A DNA stretch of 64,000 nt from an uncultured Gemmatimonadales bacterium (GTDB lineage: Bacteria > Gemmatimonadota > Gemmatimonadetes > Gemmatimonadales > GWC2-71-9). The position numbers were made by a program, and so were the translations under genes. The DNA lies in the NCBI GenBank assembly GCA_963792265.1, contig CAWBVP010000030.1, positions 4,612 through 68,611 on the forward strand. The letters run 5' to 3'. This document shows, in pieces, positions 46,769 to 58,616 of the stretch. Under the pieces are notes generated by a model, which worked only from the letters and a program-made list of their open reading frames with translations, was not told the DNA's origin and searched no databases. The stretch's first letter is position 1, and every line of letters starts with the position of its first letter.

Positions 46769-48721
46769 GCCGGTAGAGGCAATCGGATCCAAGCCGGCGA
46801 TTAAGGCCCTGCGTCCGCATGGCCTGATCAGCAATGCCTGGCGCTGGGGCGCGGGTGTGATCTCCGCCGGAGCGGGGTTGGTGTCGATTCTCTCGTACAC
46901 CCACTCGCTCAAGTCCAAGTTCGAGGCCGGACTCGCTGGCGAGCGGCGGCCCTGGCGGTGCGCTGGGTGGGAATCACGCCGACCGTGGATACGGCCACGT
47001 CGATCGGCGACACGATCCAGCTGGCGGTGACGGCCACTGATAAGCGGGGCAATGCGTTGCTCGGCGCGCCGACGGTTTGGAGCAGCACGGACAGTGCGGT
47101 TGCATCGGTGGACAGCGCCGGGACGGTGGTGGCACGGGGCGGCGGTACGACCGCCATCACGGTGACGATCGGAGGGAAGGCCGCCAGGGCCCACGTGTAC
47201 GTGCAGCAGAAGCCGGTGGAGCTCAGCATCATTGGGGACAGCCTGTTCCGGATGCCCGAGGGAGACCGGCGCAGGGCCCGGGCTCACTTGGTCGACTCCC
47301 GGGGCCACGAGATCCCCAGCTACGCGCCCAAGTGGCGCTCGGCTGATGCTTCCATCGCCGCGGTGGACAGCATGGGGAACGCAACCGGGATGGCGCCCGG
47401 GCGGACCACGTTCACAGCGACGCTGGACGGGATGATCGCACAGCTGGGCGTTGAGGTCTTCCCGGTCCCGGCATCGCTCACGCTGCTGTCGGGCGATGGT
47501 CAGCGGGCGCCGGCAGGACGCAAGGTGGCGCAGCCGGTCACGGTCCAGGTGGTGTCGCGCAGTGGCCGGCCGATCCCGGGTATCCCGGTTCGTTTCGCGC
47601 TCGAGGAGGGTGCGGGCCGAGCCGAGCCCCAGGCCGATTCATCGGATGGGCAGGGCATCGCCCGGGCGTCGTGGACCCTGGGTGGCTTTCCCGGGAGGCA
47701 GTCGCTGTCGGTTACGGCAGAAGGGGTAGCCAGTCCGACGGTGGTCACGGCAGAGGCTGAGCCGGTTGCCGCCAACACCCGCGTGACGCTGGTGAGCGAG
47801 CACCTGCAGGGCCCCGCCGGCGCTCCCCTGCCCGATCCGGTGACGGTACGGGTGACCGACACCAGCGGAGTGGCCATGGTGGATGTGGCCGTGGCCTGGT
47901 CGGCCGGTGACGACGGAAGCATCGTGGCGGCGGAGTCTCGCACCGATTCGTTGGGTGAGGCGCGAGCTCGTTGGACCCTCGGTGACCGGTCGGGTGCACA
48001 GCGGGCCTATGTCCAGGTCGGTAGCGCGCGCACGGTACCCCGCTTCGCCGTATCGGCGTTCGCAGGGGCGGGCGCAGCTGCCAACGCCTCCATCGTGGGC
48101 CTGGCGAAGTATGAAGGGTCGGTCGGCAAGGTGCTGCGCCCACCGGTGGAGATCCGGGTGGTGGATAAGACCGGAAACGAGGTGCCTGGCGTATCGGTCA
48201 CCCTTCTGCCGGCGAGCGGCACGGTGGCTGACAGCATCCTCACCACCGATTCGACCGGCCGGGTACGGGTGCACTGGACCCTGGGACGCACCGCCGGCGT
48301 ACAGCATCTGACGGCCACGGTCGAGGGCGTCGATCGGCCGATCGGGATTACGGCGCGGGCGCGGCCGGCGGGGCCGGCCAACCTGGCCTTCGTCTCCCCC
48401 AAACCGGGGACGGCCATGCGGGCGGTACAGTCGCTGGATGTCGACCTGAGCGATGCCTATGGCAATCCGGTCGCCGACCAGCCGGTGGTGTTCAGCACCA
48501 AGTTCGGGACCGTCAGTCCCGCACGAGTGATGACCGATGCCCGGGGCCGCGCGCATACCCGCTGGACCCCGGCATCGAAGGTTGGGAAACGAACGTTGGT
48601 GGCGGCGGTAAAGGGCAGCGATGCCCGGGCCACTTTTATACTGGAGCCGCCCGAGCCGGCAGCGCCGGCCAAGGCGGTGGTGTCAACCAAGAAAGAAACC
48701 GTGAAGCGCGCGTCACGATAG
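46752..48721 (+). CDS. Membrane-anchored protein with Ig-like (Big_2/Big_1) repeats; frameshifted near start
   Basis: WSSTDSAVASVD and repeated TDS.G.AR..WTLG units. Confidence 0.85.
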
Positions 48722-48764
48722 CCGCGCGATGATTGCTAAGAACCTGTCGACGTAGTTGGTACGC

Positions 48765-48895
48765 TCAAGGGTAGCTCAGTGTGTTCAAGGTTCGGCAGCA
48801 AGCTCCTAGTAAGTTAGGGACAACAGGTTAGTACAGTACCAAGGGCAGTCTAGTAGACACCAAGTTTGGTCAAGTCCACTGGAGTCTGAACAGGT
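48765..48895 (+). promoter_or_regulatory. Helically phased CAAG-like direct repeats, candidate operator array
   Basis: ccaagg 48839, tctagt 48849, ccaagt 48860, tcaagt 48870, tggagt 48880, acaggt 48890; tcaagg at 48765 and 48785. Confidence 0.45.
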
Positions 48896-48955
48896 TCACG
48901 CCTAACGAGAGGGATTCTTAACCGTAGTTCCACCTTCGCAGCATCGGAGGATATT

Positions 48956-51342
48956 ATGACCGGCCCACGCACTCCCCTTGTGCACCCGCACCGCCGCCGG
49001 GGTCGGCTCCTCCTGCCATTTCTATTCAGTCATTGGCCTGAGCCCGCTGGCGTGCACCGGCGATCAGCCGACCGAGACGCAGCCTGCAACAGCGCAGATG
49101 TCGGCGGCGGCTCAGCGGCACCACCCGTATCTGATGGTGGATGCGAGTGCGAGCGCCAGCGCGTCGGCGACGCCGCAGGCTGTCGCTTAGCGTGGCCTCG
49201 GCCGCACTGCGGCGACCGGCCCGAAGGTATTGATCCTGGCCGATGCCGAAGGCGTCTCCACCGACCGCGCTGGCGAAAGCGTAGCCGCCGCGGGGTTCCA
49301 GGTGACGTCCCGGCTCGCGCCGGAGTACACCTGGAATGGGACCAACCCGGCCCTCACCGGATTTGCCGCGGTCATCCACCTAAATGGGGCGACCTGGAAC
49401 GTGCCCTTGCCGCCTACGGCGCAGACCGCGTTGACCAACTTCGTCCAGAACGGCGGCGGGTTCGTCGGCGGGCAGTGGAATGGATATGAGGCCACTGTCG
49501 GCCAAACTGGCATGCCGAACCTGGTGCTCCAGACCTATGGATTCACCGGTAGGGAGGGCGAGTGCGCGGGTGCCGCTATGCCATCCGATCTACTCTACCA
49601 TTGCGAGTCAGGCGGGACACCCCGTCCTTCGGGGAGTTCCCTCATCCTTCACCTTCCAGGCCGATGGTCATCACGCGGGACCCATAGTCTCGTTTGCGAC
49701 CGACCCCTCTATGGTGCTGATGCAGACGGCTACCGGGGCACCGGCTGTGCTGGTCCGCAAGTTTGGCAGCGGCAAGGTCGTGAACTTCAGCTTCTCGCCC
49801 AACTATGGCGCTGGGCGGCGACGGTGTCACGCTGCTGGACCCGAACATCCAGCGGCTCTATGTGAACGCGCTGTATTGGACCACCGGATGGTCGCCGGAC
49901 GCTGATGGCGACGGCATCCCGGATCTGTCGGACAATTGCGTGAGCGTTCCCAATCCCAATCAGGCCGATAGCGATCACAACGGGGTCGGGGATGCCTGCG
50001 AGCCGGTCCAGAATCAGACGATCACGTTTGCCGCCTTGACGGACAAGACGGTTGGCGACCCGGCCTTCTCGGTGGCCGCCACGGCCAGCTCCGGTCTCGA
50101 CGTGAGCTTTACCGCCAGCGGCAAGTGCACCATGTCGGGAGCGACTGTCACGCTCAGCGGAGCGGGAAGCTGCTCGATCACCGCGCACCAGGCGGGCAAC
50201 GCCAGCTACCATCCCGCGGCTGATGTATCGCGTTCATTCGCGATTGCCAAGGGCCAGGCGACCCTTGCCCTGGGCAGTCTGAGTGGGACCTACAATGGCA
50301 GCCCCATGGCTGCTACCGTGACGACCACCCCTGCGGGGCTCGGCACCGTCACCATCACCTACAACGGGTCGGCCACTGCCGCCGGTGAACGCGGGGAGCT
50401 ATGCTGTGGTGGCGACGCTGACCAATGACGACTACCAGGCGGCTCCGGCGAGCGGAACCCTGGTGATTGCTAAGGCGACAGCCACCATAACGGTGGGTAC
50501 TGAGTTCGTGTACGACGGCACCCCGAAGCAGTCCAGTATCACGACTGCGCCGGCGGGGCTGACTGTGGTCTCCGTCACCTACAGCCAGAATGGTAGGCCG
50601 GTCGCCAATCCGACCGACGTGGGCGTGTACCAGGTGCTGGCCCATCTGGAGAACCCGAACTTCGAGGCCACGGACGCGACTGGTACGTTGACCATCACGC
50701 AGGCCACGCCGCTCATCAGTTGGGCGACCCCTGCGGCCATTCTCGCGGGCACTCCGCTCAGCGCCGCGCAGCTCAACGCGACGGCCACGGGCGTAGGTGG
50801 GGCTCGCTCTTGATGGCGGCTTCCTCTACACCCCACGGGCAGGCACTGTGCTGGGTGTCGGACCGCAGACCTTGAGCGTCCAGTTTATCCCGGCCAACGG
50901 CAACTACAGCCCGGCCAGCAAGACGGTTCAGCTGTCGGTGAACTACCGCTTTGCCGGCTTCTTCAAGCCGGTGAAGAATCTGCCGGTCATGAACGTGGTA
51001 CGGGCCGGCCGTGCCATCCCCATCAAGTTCTCGCTGGGGCGGCACGAGGGATTGCAGGTCATGCGGACGGCGACGCCGGCCGTGTCGACCGTCGCATGCA
51101 CTATCCCGTCGGAGACCATGACCGACGAGGACGATGACTCAGAGAATTCGAGCGGTCTGCGGGCGGAGGGGGAGAAGTACACCTACGTCTGGAAGACCAG
51201 CTCCACCTGGGCGGGGACCTGCCGCAAGTTCGTGCTTACCCTGGCGGACGGCACCTCGCACGCCGCGCTGTTCAAGTTCGTAAAGGGACACGGCGAGGAT
51301 AAGGGAAGGACAAGGACAAGGACAAGGGCGACATCCGGATGA
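48956..51342 (+). CDS. Secreted lipoprotein with thrombospondin type 3 repeat, MBG-like domains and C-terminal PxKF domain; frameshifted
   Basis: GGAGG RBS; LAC; [22 protein letters not shown]; NAGSYAVVA; [19 protein letters not shown]. Confidence 0.82.
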
Positions 51343-51400
51343 AGGCATCGGCCCTGGTCAAAAGCAGCAAATAAATAGCACGGCAATGCAACAGCTAGAG

Positions 51401-51446
51401 CGAGGTCAGGGTGGCCCGGTGAGGCTGCCCTGGCCTCGCGGCTTTC
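51401..51446. terminator. Hairpin between convergent genes
   Basis: CGAGGTCAGGGTGGCC...GGCTGCCCTGGCCTCG. Confidence 0.6.
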
Positions 51447-51867
51447 ATACCTCGCCGAGGACCTTGATCACCACTCGCTTGCGCCGCTGGCCGTCCCACT
51501 CCCCATAAAACACCCGCTGCCAGGGCCCCAGATCCAACTTGCTTGCGGTGATCGGGACGATCACCTCGTGGCCGATGGTGAGGCTCCGAAGGTGAGCGGC
51601 GGCGTTGTCCTCCCCGGTCTCATTATGGCGGTAACGCTCGGGGTCCCAGGGGGCGACGGTCTCCTCCAGCCACTTGAGGATGTCGTGCCAGAGGCCGGGC
51701 TCGTGGTCGTTGACGAACACCGACGCGCTGATGTGCATGGCGGAGACCAGCACCAGGCCCTCGCGCACCCGGCTGATCCGCACCTGCTCGGCGACCTCAT
51801 CGGTGATGTCGATGATCTCCTGGCGCTTCTTGGTCTCGAACCAGAGGTAGTGGGTATGGGTGGTCAC
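51445..51867 (-). CDS. yjbQ: YjbQ/UPF0047 family protein
   Basis: MHISASV, EDNAAAHLR, LDLGPWQ..YGEWDG. Confidence 0.88.
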   Translation of the reverse strand: MTTHTHYLWFETKKRQEIIDITDEVAEQVRISRVREGLVLVSAMHISASVFVNDHEPGLWHDILKWLEETVAPWDPERYRHNETGEDNAAAHLRSLTIGHEVIVPITASKLDLGPWQRVFYGEWDGQRRKRVVIKVLGEV

Positions 51868-52731
51868 CTCAGCAGCTCTTCCAGTCTTACTGCCGTCTCC
51901 GTCTTCTCGTCCCGGTACTTCACGATCACCGGAGCATACAGCCCGATCCCGGCCCGGGCGCCCGCTCCCGATTTGACCGGCCGGGTGCCGGGAACCACCA
52001 CCGCGCCGGCGGGAATCTCCAGCGGCCGGTCGCCCTCCCGCCGGTAGACCCGGTCGTGCACCAGGTCGAAGACGCTAGTCCCACCCGAGAGCATGGTGCC
52101 CGGCGCCAGCACCGCCCGCTCCCGCACGATAGTTCCTTCGTAAACCCCGCAGTTCCCACCCGACCAGCACCTCGTCCTCGATGATCACGGGGAGCGCGCC
52201 GGCCGGCTCCAACACCCCTCCGATCTGGGCTGCTGCAGATAAATGCACTCGCCGGCCGATCTGAGCGCAGGAGCCCACCAGGGCGTGCGAATCCACCATG
52301 GTGCCCTCACCCACGTAGGCCCCCACATTGATGTACATAGGGGGCATACAGACGACGCCCGGGGCAACGTAGCAGCCGTCCCGAATGGCCGAGCCCCCCG
52401 GAACGATGCGAATTCCTGCATCGGGGCCGACCGCCCGAAGCGGGTAGGTGTCCTTGTCATAGAAGGGGAAGGGACCGCCCACCGCAGCCGGCGCGATCCG
52501 CCCCAGACGGAAGCCGAGGAGAATTCCCGCCTTCACCCAGACGTTGACCCGCCAGGTCCCATTGGAGCTGGGCTCGGCGGCGCGCACGGTGCCGGCGTTG
52601 AGCTCGGCCTTGAGCGCCTCGAATGCTGCCAATGCCTTGGGCTCCTCGCCCGGCGGCACTCCTCCGGCATAGCGCTCGATAGCCGCCCGCAGATCTCCCC
52701 GCTTTCCCGCTTTCCCGCCGACTTCAGACAC
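51864..52731 (-). CDS. dapD: Tetrahydrodipicolinate N-succinyltransferase; frameshifted
   Basis: [39 protein letters not shown]. Confidence 0.93.
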
Positions 52732-53611
52732 CGGTCACTCCGGCCTGGCGCAGTCCTGCCTGGAGCGCGCCACAGGTAGCCTCGCTCACGGGCACTAAGG
52801 GCAGGCGAAGCACATTCTGAATCCGGCCCATGAGGTGGAGCGCGGCCTTGACCGGCGCGGGGTTGGTCTCGAGGAAGTTGGCATCCATGAGCGGGAGCAG
52901 CCGGTAGTGCCAGATGCGGGCGTTTTCCAGGTTGCCGGAGAGCAGGAGGTGCACCAGCGCGGTCATGGCAGCGGGCACCTCGTTTGAGGTTACCGAGATC
53001 AGTCCGTCTCCACCGGCGGTGATCACCGGCAAGGTCAGCCAGTCGTCACCGGAGAACACCGCAAACCCGTCGGGCCGGTCCTGCACAATGTCCATCACCT
53101 GCTTCAGATCGCCGCTCGCCTCCTTGATGCCCATGATATTCGGGTGGGCGGCGAGACGAACCGCGATGCTTGGCTTGAGGTTGACCGCGGTTCGACCGGG
53201 CACGTTGTAGAGGCAGACCGGTTTGGTGGCGGCATCGGCCACCGCCATGAAATGGCGGTACAGGCCTTCCTGGGTGGGCTTGTTGTAATACGGCGTGGCG
53301 CTGAGGATGTAATCCGCACCGAGGCGGCACATTCGCTGGGTTTCGTCCACCGCGCGCGCGGTGTCGTTGCTGGTAGCGCCGGCCATGACCGGTACCCGGC
53401 CCGCCGCTACTTCCACCACTGCCGCAACTACCCGCTCGCGCTCGGAGTCATCCATCGTCTGGGCCTCCCCGGTGGACCCGCACGCCACCAGGAAGTCGAT
53501 GCCTTCGGCGATCTGCCAATCCACCAGGGCCCGCAGTGCGGGGAAGTCCACCTGGCCGTTCTCGGTAAAGGGCGTCACCAACGCCGTGCCGCAGCCCTGG
53601 AGCCGGGTCAT
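52724..53611 (-). CDS. dapA: 4-hydroxy-tetrahydrodipicolinate synthase
   Basis: TALVTPF, GSTGE, PYYNKP, YNVPGRT, GIKEASG. Confidence 0.95.
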   Translation of the reverse strand: MTRLQGCGTALVTPFTENGQVDFPALRALVDWQIAEGIDFLVACGSTGEAQTMDDSERERVVAAVVEVAAGRVPVMAGATSNDTARAVDETQRMCRLGADYILSATPYYNKPTQEGLYRHFMAVADAATKPVCLYNVPGRTAVNLKPSIAVRLAAHPNIMGIKEASGDLKQVMDIVQDRPDGFAVFSGDDWLTLPVITAGGDGLISVTSNEVPAAMTALVHLLLSGNLENARIWHYRLLPLMDANFLETNPAPVKAALHLMGRIQNVLRLPLVPVSEATCGALQAGLRQAGVTGV

Positions 53612-54306
53612 TCGGCTCCTCCAAACAGCATCTCCTCGAAGGTGAACACACCCGGATGATCCGGCAGCCACTCGGCAGCCGCCAGCGCACCGGCGGCGAA
53701 CGCCTCCCGCCCTTTGGCGACGTGGCTCAAGGTCACGGTTTCGTGGGGGCCATCATAGGTCAGCGTGTGGGTTCCCGGCGAAGTGCCGGCCCGAACCGAG
53801 GTGATGGGGAATCGCCGGCCCGGCTCCTGGGACCACAGCCGACGCTGGAGCAGCAGCGCCGTCCCGGACGGCGCGTCCACCTTCGAGGCGTGGTGCTCTT
53901 CCAATATGGAGACCACGAACTCGGGCCGGCCTCTGAAGCTGCGGGCCAGCTCCTGGGCAGCCCGAAAGAAGAGATGTACCCCCACCGAGAAGTTGGCGGA
54001 GTGAAGCAGGGCGCCCCCGCGCTGGTCGACCAGAGTGGTGATCCGGGGCAGGGCATCGGTCCAGCCGGTAGTGCCGGTGACGGTCGGAATGCCCAGCTCG
54101 ATCAAGCGCTCCAGATTGGCGACGACGGCATCGGGCCGGGTGAACTCGATGGCCACCTCGACTCCCTTCAGCCGCTCGCTGGTCAGCGCGCTACCGCCTG
54201 GATTTTCCAGCCGGTGCACCACGGTGTGGATGGTATGGCCCCGCTCGGCGGCGTGGGCCGCCACCGCCTTGCCCATCTTCCCGTTGCCGACGATGGCGAT
54301 GCGCAT
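53608..54306 (-). CDS. dapB: 4-hydroxy-tetrahydrodipicolinate reductase
   Basis: GNGKMG, GTTGW, ANFSVG, EEHHASKVDAPSGTA. Confidence 0.95.
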   Translation of the reverse strand: MRIAIVGNGKMGKAVAAHAAERGHTIHTVVHRLENPGGSALTSERLKGVEVAIEFTRPDAVVANLERLIELGIPTVTGTTGWTDALPRITTLVDQRGGALLHSANFSVGVHLFFRAAQELARSFRGRPEFVVSILEEHHASKVDAPSGTALLLQRRLWSQEPGRRFPITSVRAGTSPGTHTLTYDGPHETVTLSHVAKGREAFAAGALAAAEWLPDHPGVFTFEEMLFGGAE

Positions 54307-54327
54307 GGGGTCAGAAGTCAGGATTCA

Positions 54328-55681
54328 TCAACACGATCCGAAAAACTCCTGATGCAGCCGGCGCACGACGTCGGGGCCATCTTCTTCCCGCACGACGAAG
54401 GTCATGTTGATGGCGGATGCTCCCTGAGAGATGATCTCGACATTCGCGGGCCAGACGGCGTTAAACACCCGCCCAGCCAACCCGGGCGTCTTGCGGAGCC
54501 CAATTCCTACGATGGCGACGATGGCCCGCTGCTCCTCGATCCAGACCTCGCCCAGCTCGCCCAGGTCGCGGACCAGCGGATCCAGCCGGGACCGGTCCTC
54601 GATCGGTGAGCGACACGCTGACCTCGCCGCTGGCCAGCACGTCCACCACGGTCTCGTGGCGTTCGAACACCTCGAACAGCGCCCGGAGAAAGCCGTAGGT
54701 ACCGAGCATGCGCGGCGCCCGGATGTTGATGACGGTGATGCCCTGCTTCCAGGAGATCGACCGGATCGGCGAGTCGCCCACCCGCTCGACCGCCGCTTCC
54801 GGCTCGACGGTGGTCCCGCTGCGTTCCGGATGGGTGGAGTTAAGAATCACAATGGGTATCCCCGCGCGAACCAGTGGCAAGGCGGTGGCCGGGTGCAGAA
54901 TCCGGGCGCCGAAGGTAGCCAGCTCTGCCGCCTCCTCATAGCTGGCGCCGGAAAGAGTCCGGGCGGTCGGCACGATCCGGGGATCGGCGGTCATCAGCCC
55001 GTCCACGTCGGTCCAGATCTCCACCCGTCCAGCGTGCAAGGCGGCGCCGAGGAGCGCCGCGGTAAAATCGGAGCCGCCGCGGCCGAGCGTGGTGGGAGTG
55101 CCGGTGGCGGTGGCGCCGATGAATCCCTGGGTAACCGGCACCCGTCCCGCTTCGGCCAGCGGCTTGAGGCAGTCCCGCGCCCGTTTGTTCAGCACTTGAA
55201 TGTATGGGGTAGCGCGGGTGAAGCGGCCATCGGTGACCATGATCGGCCGAATGTCCACCCAGGCGGCATCCAGCCCGTTTCCTGCCAGCGCCGCCGCGAT
55301 CAGTCGCGAGCTCCATAGCTCGCCCCGGCTGGCAATGGCGTCGAGCTCGGCGGCGGTGGCAGAGCGATGCCGGATGGCCCGAAGCTCCTGGCATAGCTCC
55401 GCCGCATCGGTCGCGATGGCTTCCAGGGCGGCCTCCGTTCCCGGCAATGCTCCGGCGATCTGCTCGTGCCGTGCCACCAGGTTGGCCACCGCCGCATCGA
55501 TGGCCGGGCCCTCCTCGCTCTCGGCGGTTCGCCCGAGATTGAGCAACGCGTCGGTCACCCGGGCCAGGGCGGAAACCACGACCACGGGCTGGTCGGCAAC
55601 CCTCGAGCGGACGATGCTGATCAGCCTCGTGATGGCCGCGGCGTCGGCCACCGAGGTGCCACCGAATTTGGCGACGATCAT
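54328..55681 (-). CDS. lysC: Aspartate kinase; frameshifted
   Basis: VAKFGGTSV, TLGRGGSD, WTDVDG, ACT domains. Confidence 0.93.
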
Positions 55682-56729
55682 TTCACCCGGCCTTCCGCCA
55701 CCAGCAGCTCGGCGATCTGAACGCCCTGGCCGGCCGCCCCCGAATCGTATTGTGCCCCAGCAGGACCATTCGCAGATCGAGCACCGGGCAGGGACGCACC
55801 CGACCCACGGTCACTGCCATGCCGCCGCCCCGTTCCAGGTCCAGGCGGGGCTGGGGTCGGTCGATCCGCTCGTCCACCTCGATCGGCGGGTTGGGCGAGG
55901 AAGGAAGTTCGGCGACTCGGGCCGAGGCTCGGAATTCCCGCAGCGCTTCCATGGCATCATCCGGGGTCACCCGGCGGCGGAAGCCCACCGAAACCGTCGC
56001 CATATGACCGTCGATCACGGCGACCCGATTGGTGTGAACGCTGACCGGGAATTCCGCCGCCTCCACCGCGCCATTCGAGAGGGTGCCGAGAATCTTGCGG
56101 GTCTCCCGCTCGATTTTTTCCTCTTCTCCGCCGATGTAGGGAATCACGTTGCCCAGGATATCGAGCGAGGGCACTCCAGGATAGCCGGCGCCGGACACCG
56201 CCTGGAGGGTGGAGACGAACAGCCGTTCAATGCCGAAGGCGCGGTGCAGCGGGGCCAGGGCGAGCGCGAGCGCGGCGGTCGAGCAGTTCGGGTTGGCGAG
56301 GATGGAGCCCTTCCAGCCCCGGGTCTCCCGCTGACAGTCGATGAGCGAGAGGTGGTCGCCGTTCACTTCGGGGATGAGAAGTGGAACGTCTCGCTCCATG
56401 CGGTGGGTGCGGGTATTGGTCACCACCACCGAGCCGGCGCTCGCGAAGGCCTGCTCGATTGGACCCGCGACTTCGGCGTCGAGCGCCGAGAAGAGGATTC
56501 GGCCGGGCAGACTGCCACTACACTCGCGAACCGTCATCCGGCCGATCGCCGGAGGAAGCGGCACGGTCTCGCGCCAGCGAGCCACCTCCCCATAGCTACG
56601 GCCGGCGCTGGAAGATGAAGCCGCTACGGCAACAACCTCGAACCAGGGGTGCTCCGCCAGCAGGCGCACAAACTTCTGGCCCACGGTGCCGGTGGCCCCC
56701 AGGATAGCGACCGGGATCTTCTCCCTCAT
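55678..56729 (-). CDS. asd: Aspartate-semialdehyde dehydrogenase; frameshift near 3' end
   Basis: LGATGTVGQ, NPNCST, QAVSGAG, HNTIRG. Confidence 0.95.
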
Positions 56730-57731
56730 ACCCGCCCCCGCGCGAGCAAATCCGACGCCAGCTGCTCGTAGAGATCTACGCCGCGGAGCAGGTCTGCCTT
56801 GCGGATGTGCTCGTGATTGGTATGGGCCACCCGGATGGTGCCGGGTCCGAGCTGGTATCGCTCTCCCCATGCCTCCAGAAAGGGCAGGTCGCTCGCGTAG
56901 CTGACCACCGTGGTCTCCCACCCCGGCGGGGCACCCCCTCCCTTATGGAACGGAAGCTCGACCTTGAACTCCACCGATACGCCCGGCGCGAGCAGTTGCC
57001 TGATGGCGGCCTTGAGCGGTTCGGTGGGCGCCACGGTGCGGATGAGCAGCTGGGCTCGCGGCAGACGGCGGGATCACGTTAGGGGCCACGCCGCCTTCGA
57101 TGAGGCCGAGGTTGAGGGTCGATTGACCCAGCAGAGGATCGTGCGGCAGCGGCAGCGACCGAATTTTCTCGATGGTATCCAGTAGGGCCGCAATCGCGCT
57201 CACGCCTTCATCGGGATAGGCCGAGTGGGCAGCGCGCCCCACGGCGGTGAGATCGACCCGGAGCGACCCTTTCTGCCCGATCGAGAGCCGGTTCTCGGTG
57301 GGCTCTCCATTGATGAGGTAGCGTCCCTTGGGTCCCAGGTCGGCAGCCGCGCGGGCACCGTCGGAACCGTTCTCCTCGCCCACGAGAAACAGCAGGCCGA
57401 TCCGGCGCTCGCCTCTGGCGCTCAACCGCTCGGCCGCGCTTACCATGGCGGCGGCCAGACCCTTGGCATCACAGCTTCCCCGGCCATGGATCGATTCGGC
57501 GTCTTCGGCGAGCGGCAGGTACGGTGGAACCGTGTCGAGATGGGTGGAGAAGACCAGGGCGGGCGGCTCCCGGTAGGCGTACAGGTTCTGCCGTCCTGCG
57601 GTCACCGGCTGGCGCACGACCTGATAGCCGGCACGACGCAGTGTGCTATCCAGAAAATCCGTAGCCGGTCCCTCGGATCCAGTCGGAGATTCCAGAGCCA
57701 CCAGGGCCCGGGTCAGTTCCAGTACGTCCAT
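56726..57731 (-). CDS. M20 family hydrolase (DapE/ArgE-like); frameshifted
   Basis: THLDTVP, GRGSCDAKG, GEE, GEPT, GRAAHS; first gene of the DAP operon. Confidence 0.88.
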
Positions 57732-57737
57732 GAATGA

Positions 57738-57771
57738 GAGCGCCCCGCCAGCGGCATGCGCGACGGGGCTC
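57738..57771 (-). terminator. GC hairpin immediately upstream of the DAP operon start (attenuator/sequestrator candidate)
   Basis: Minus strand CCCCGTCGCG-CATG-CCGCTGGCGGGG followed by a weak pyrimidine tail. Confidence 0.5.
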
Positions 57772-57798
57772 CTGGTCTTGGTAGAGAGTTACTTCCTG

Positions 57799-57906
57799 TT
57801 ATGCCGACCGGTCACTCCCGAGCACGCCGCGCATGTGATCGCGCATCATCCGCTTGGGGCACCGGCAGGTTCGCGGCAGGGCGTCAACGACAATGAGGTT
57901 CGGCAT
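57799..57906 (-). CDS. Putative leader peptide (35 aa)
   Basis: MPNLIVVDALPRTCRCPKRMMRDHMRGVLGSDRSA*; lies just upstream of the hairpin and the DAP operon. Confidence 0.4.
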   Translation of the reverse strand: MPNLIVVDALPRTCRCPKRMMRDHMRGVLGSDRSA

Positions 57907-57998
57907 GGAACGCGAAAGCTAGGAGATGGTCCAACCCGGAGCAAGTGTGGGCTTGACGCTGCCGTACCGGCTTCCTAATTACAGCAAGAGGATCCATC

Positions 57999-58616
57999 AT
58001 GACGGCTTCCGGGTTGACGAGACGTTTGGGCTGGGGAGCTCTGAGCATACTGCTCGGAGCGTGCGGCGACGTGACCACGTTCAGTCCCACCGCCGCCAGA
58101 ATCTATGCGACCAGCATGACCTTCGGAGACCCGATCGAAGACGGCTACACCTTGAGCCTGGATGGCGCGGCGGGACGCAAGCTGGGCACGAACGGGGTAG
58201 TGCTGTTCTCCGAGCTGGAGGCGGGGACCCACACGGTAACGCTGACCGGGCTGACCACCGGCTGCGCGCTGCATGGAGTGAACCCTCGAACGGTGCAGAC
58301 CACGGCCGGCCAGACGGCTGAGATCCAGTTTCTGGTGACTTGCAGCCAACCCGGCACCGCAAGGCTCCTGATCCAGACATTTACCTACGGGACCGGGCCG
58401 GCCCACTATCGGGTTGACCTGGACATCGGTCGTTCCGAGCAGATCGGCGCCAATGCCCAGGTGACGTTCCCCGCAGTGCCCGCGGGACCGGTCACCATCA
58501 CGCTGACCGGTGGCTCGGAACAGGGCTGCGATATCGCCGGGCCCAATCCTCGCACTCTCGTCTTGACGGCCGGCCTGCAGTATCCCAGCGACTTCAAGAT
58601 CCACTGCCGGGACTGA
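57999..58616 (+). CDS. Hypothetical lipoprotein with two internal repeats
   Basis: Lipobox LGAC; repeated HTVTLTG..GC...NPRT. Confidence 0.75.
   Translation: MTASGLTRRLGWGALSILLGACGDVTTFSPTAARIYATSMTFGDPIEDGYTLSLDGAAGRKLGTNGVVLFSELEAGTHTVTLTGLTTGCALHGVNPRTVQTTAGQTAEIQFLVTCSQPGTARLLIQTFTYGTGPAHYRVDLDIGRSEQIGANAQVTFPAVPAGPVTITLTGGSEQGCDIAGPNPRTLVLTAGLQYPSDFKIHCRD

Noticed and set aside
51296-51330. AAGGAC tandem repeat as a contingency locus
   Set aside because: In-frame hexamer encoding a low-complexity tail at the very end of the protein
57732-57960. Lysine riboswitch or T-box
   Set aside because: Conserved motifs not recognised; treated as a candidate leader peptide instead
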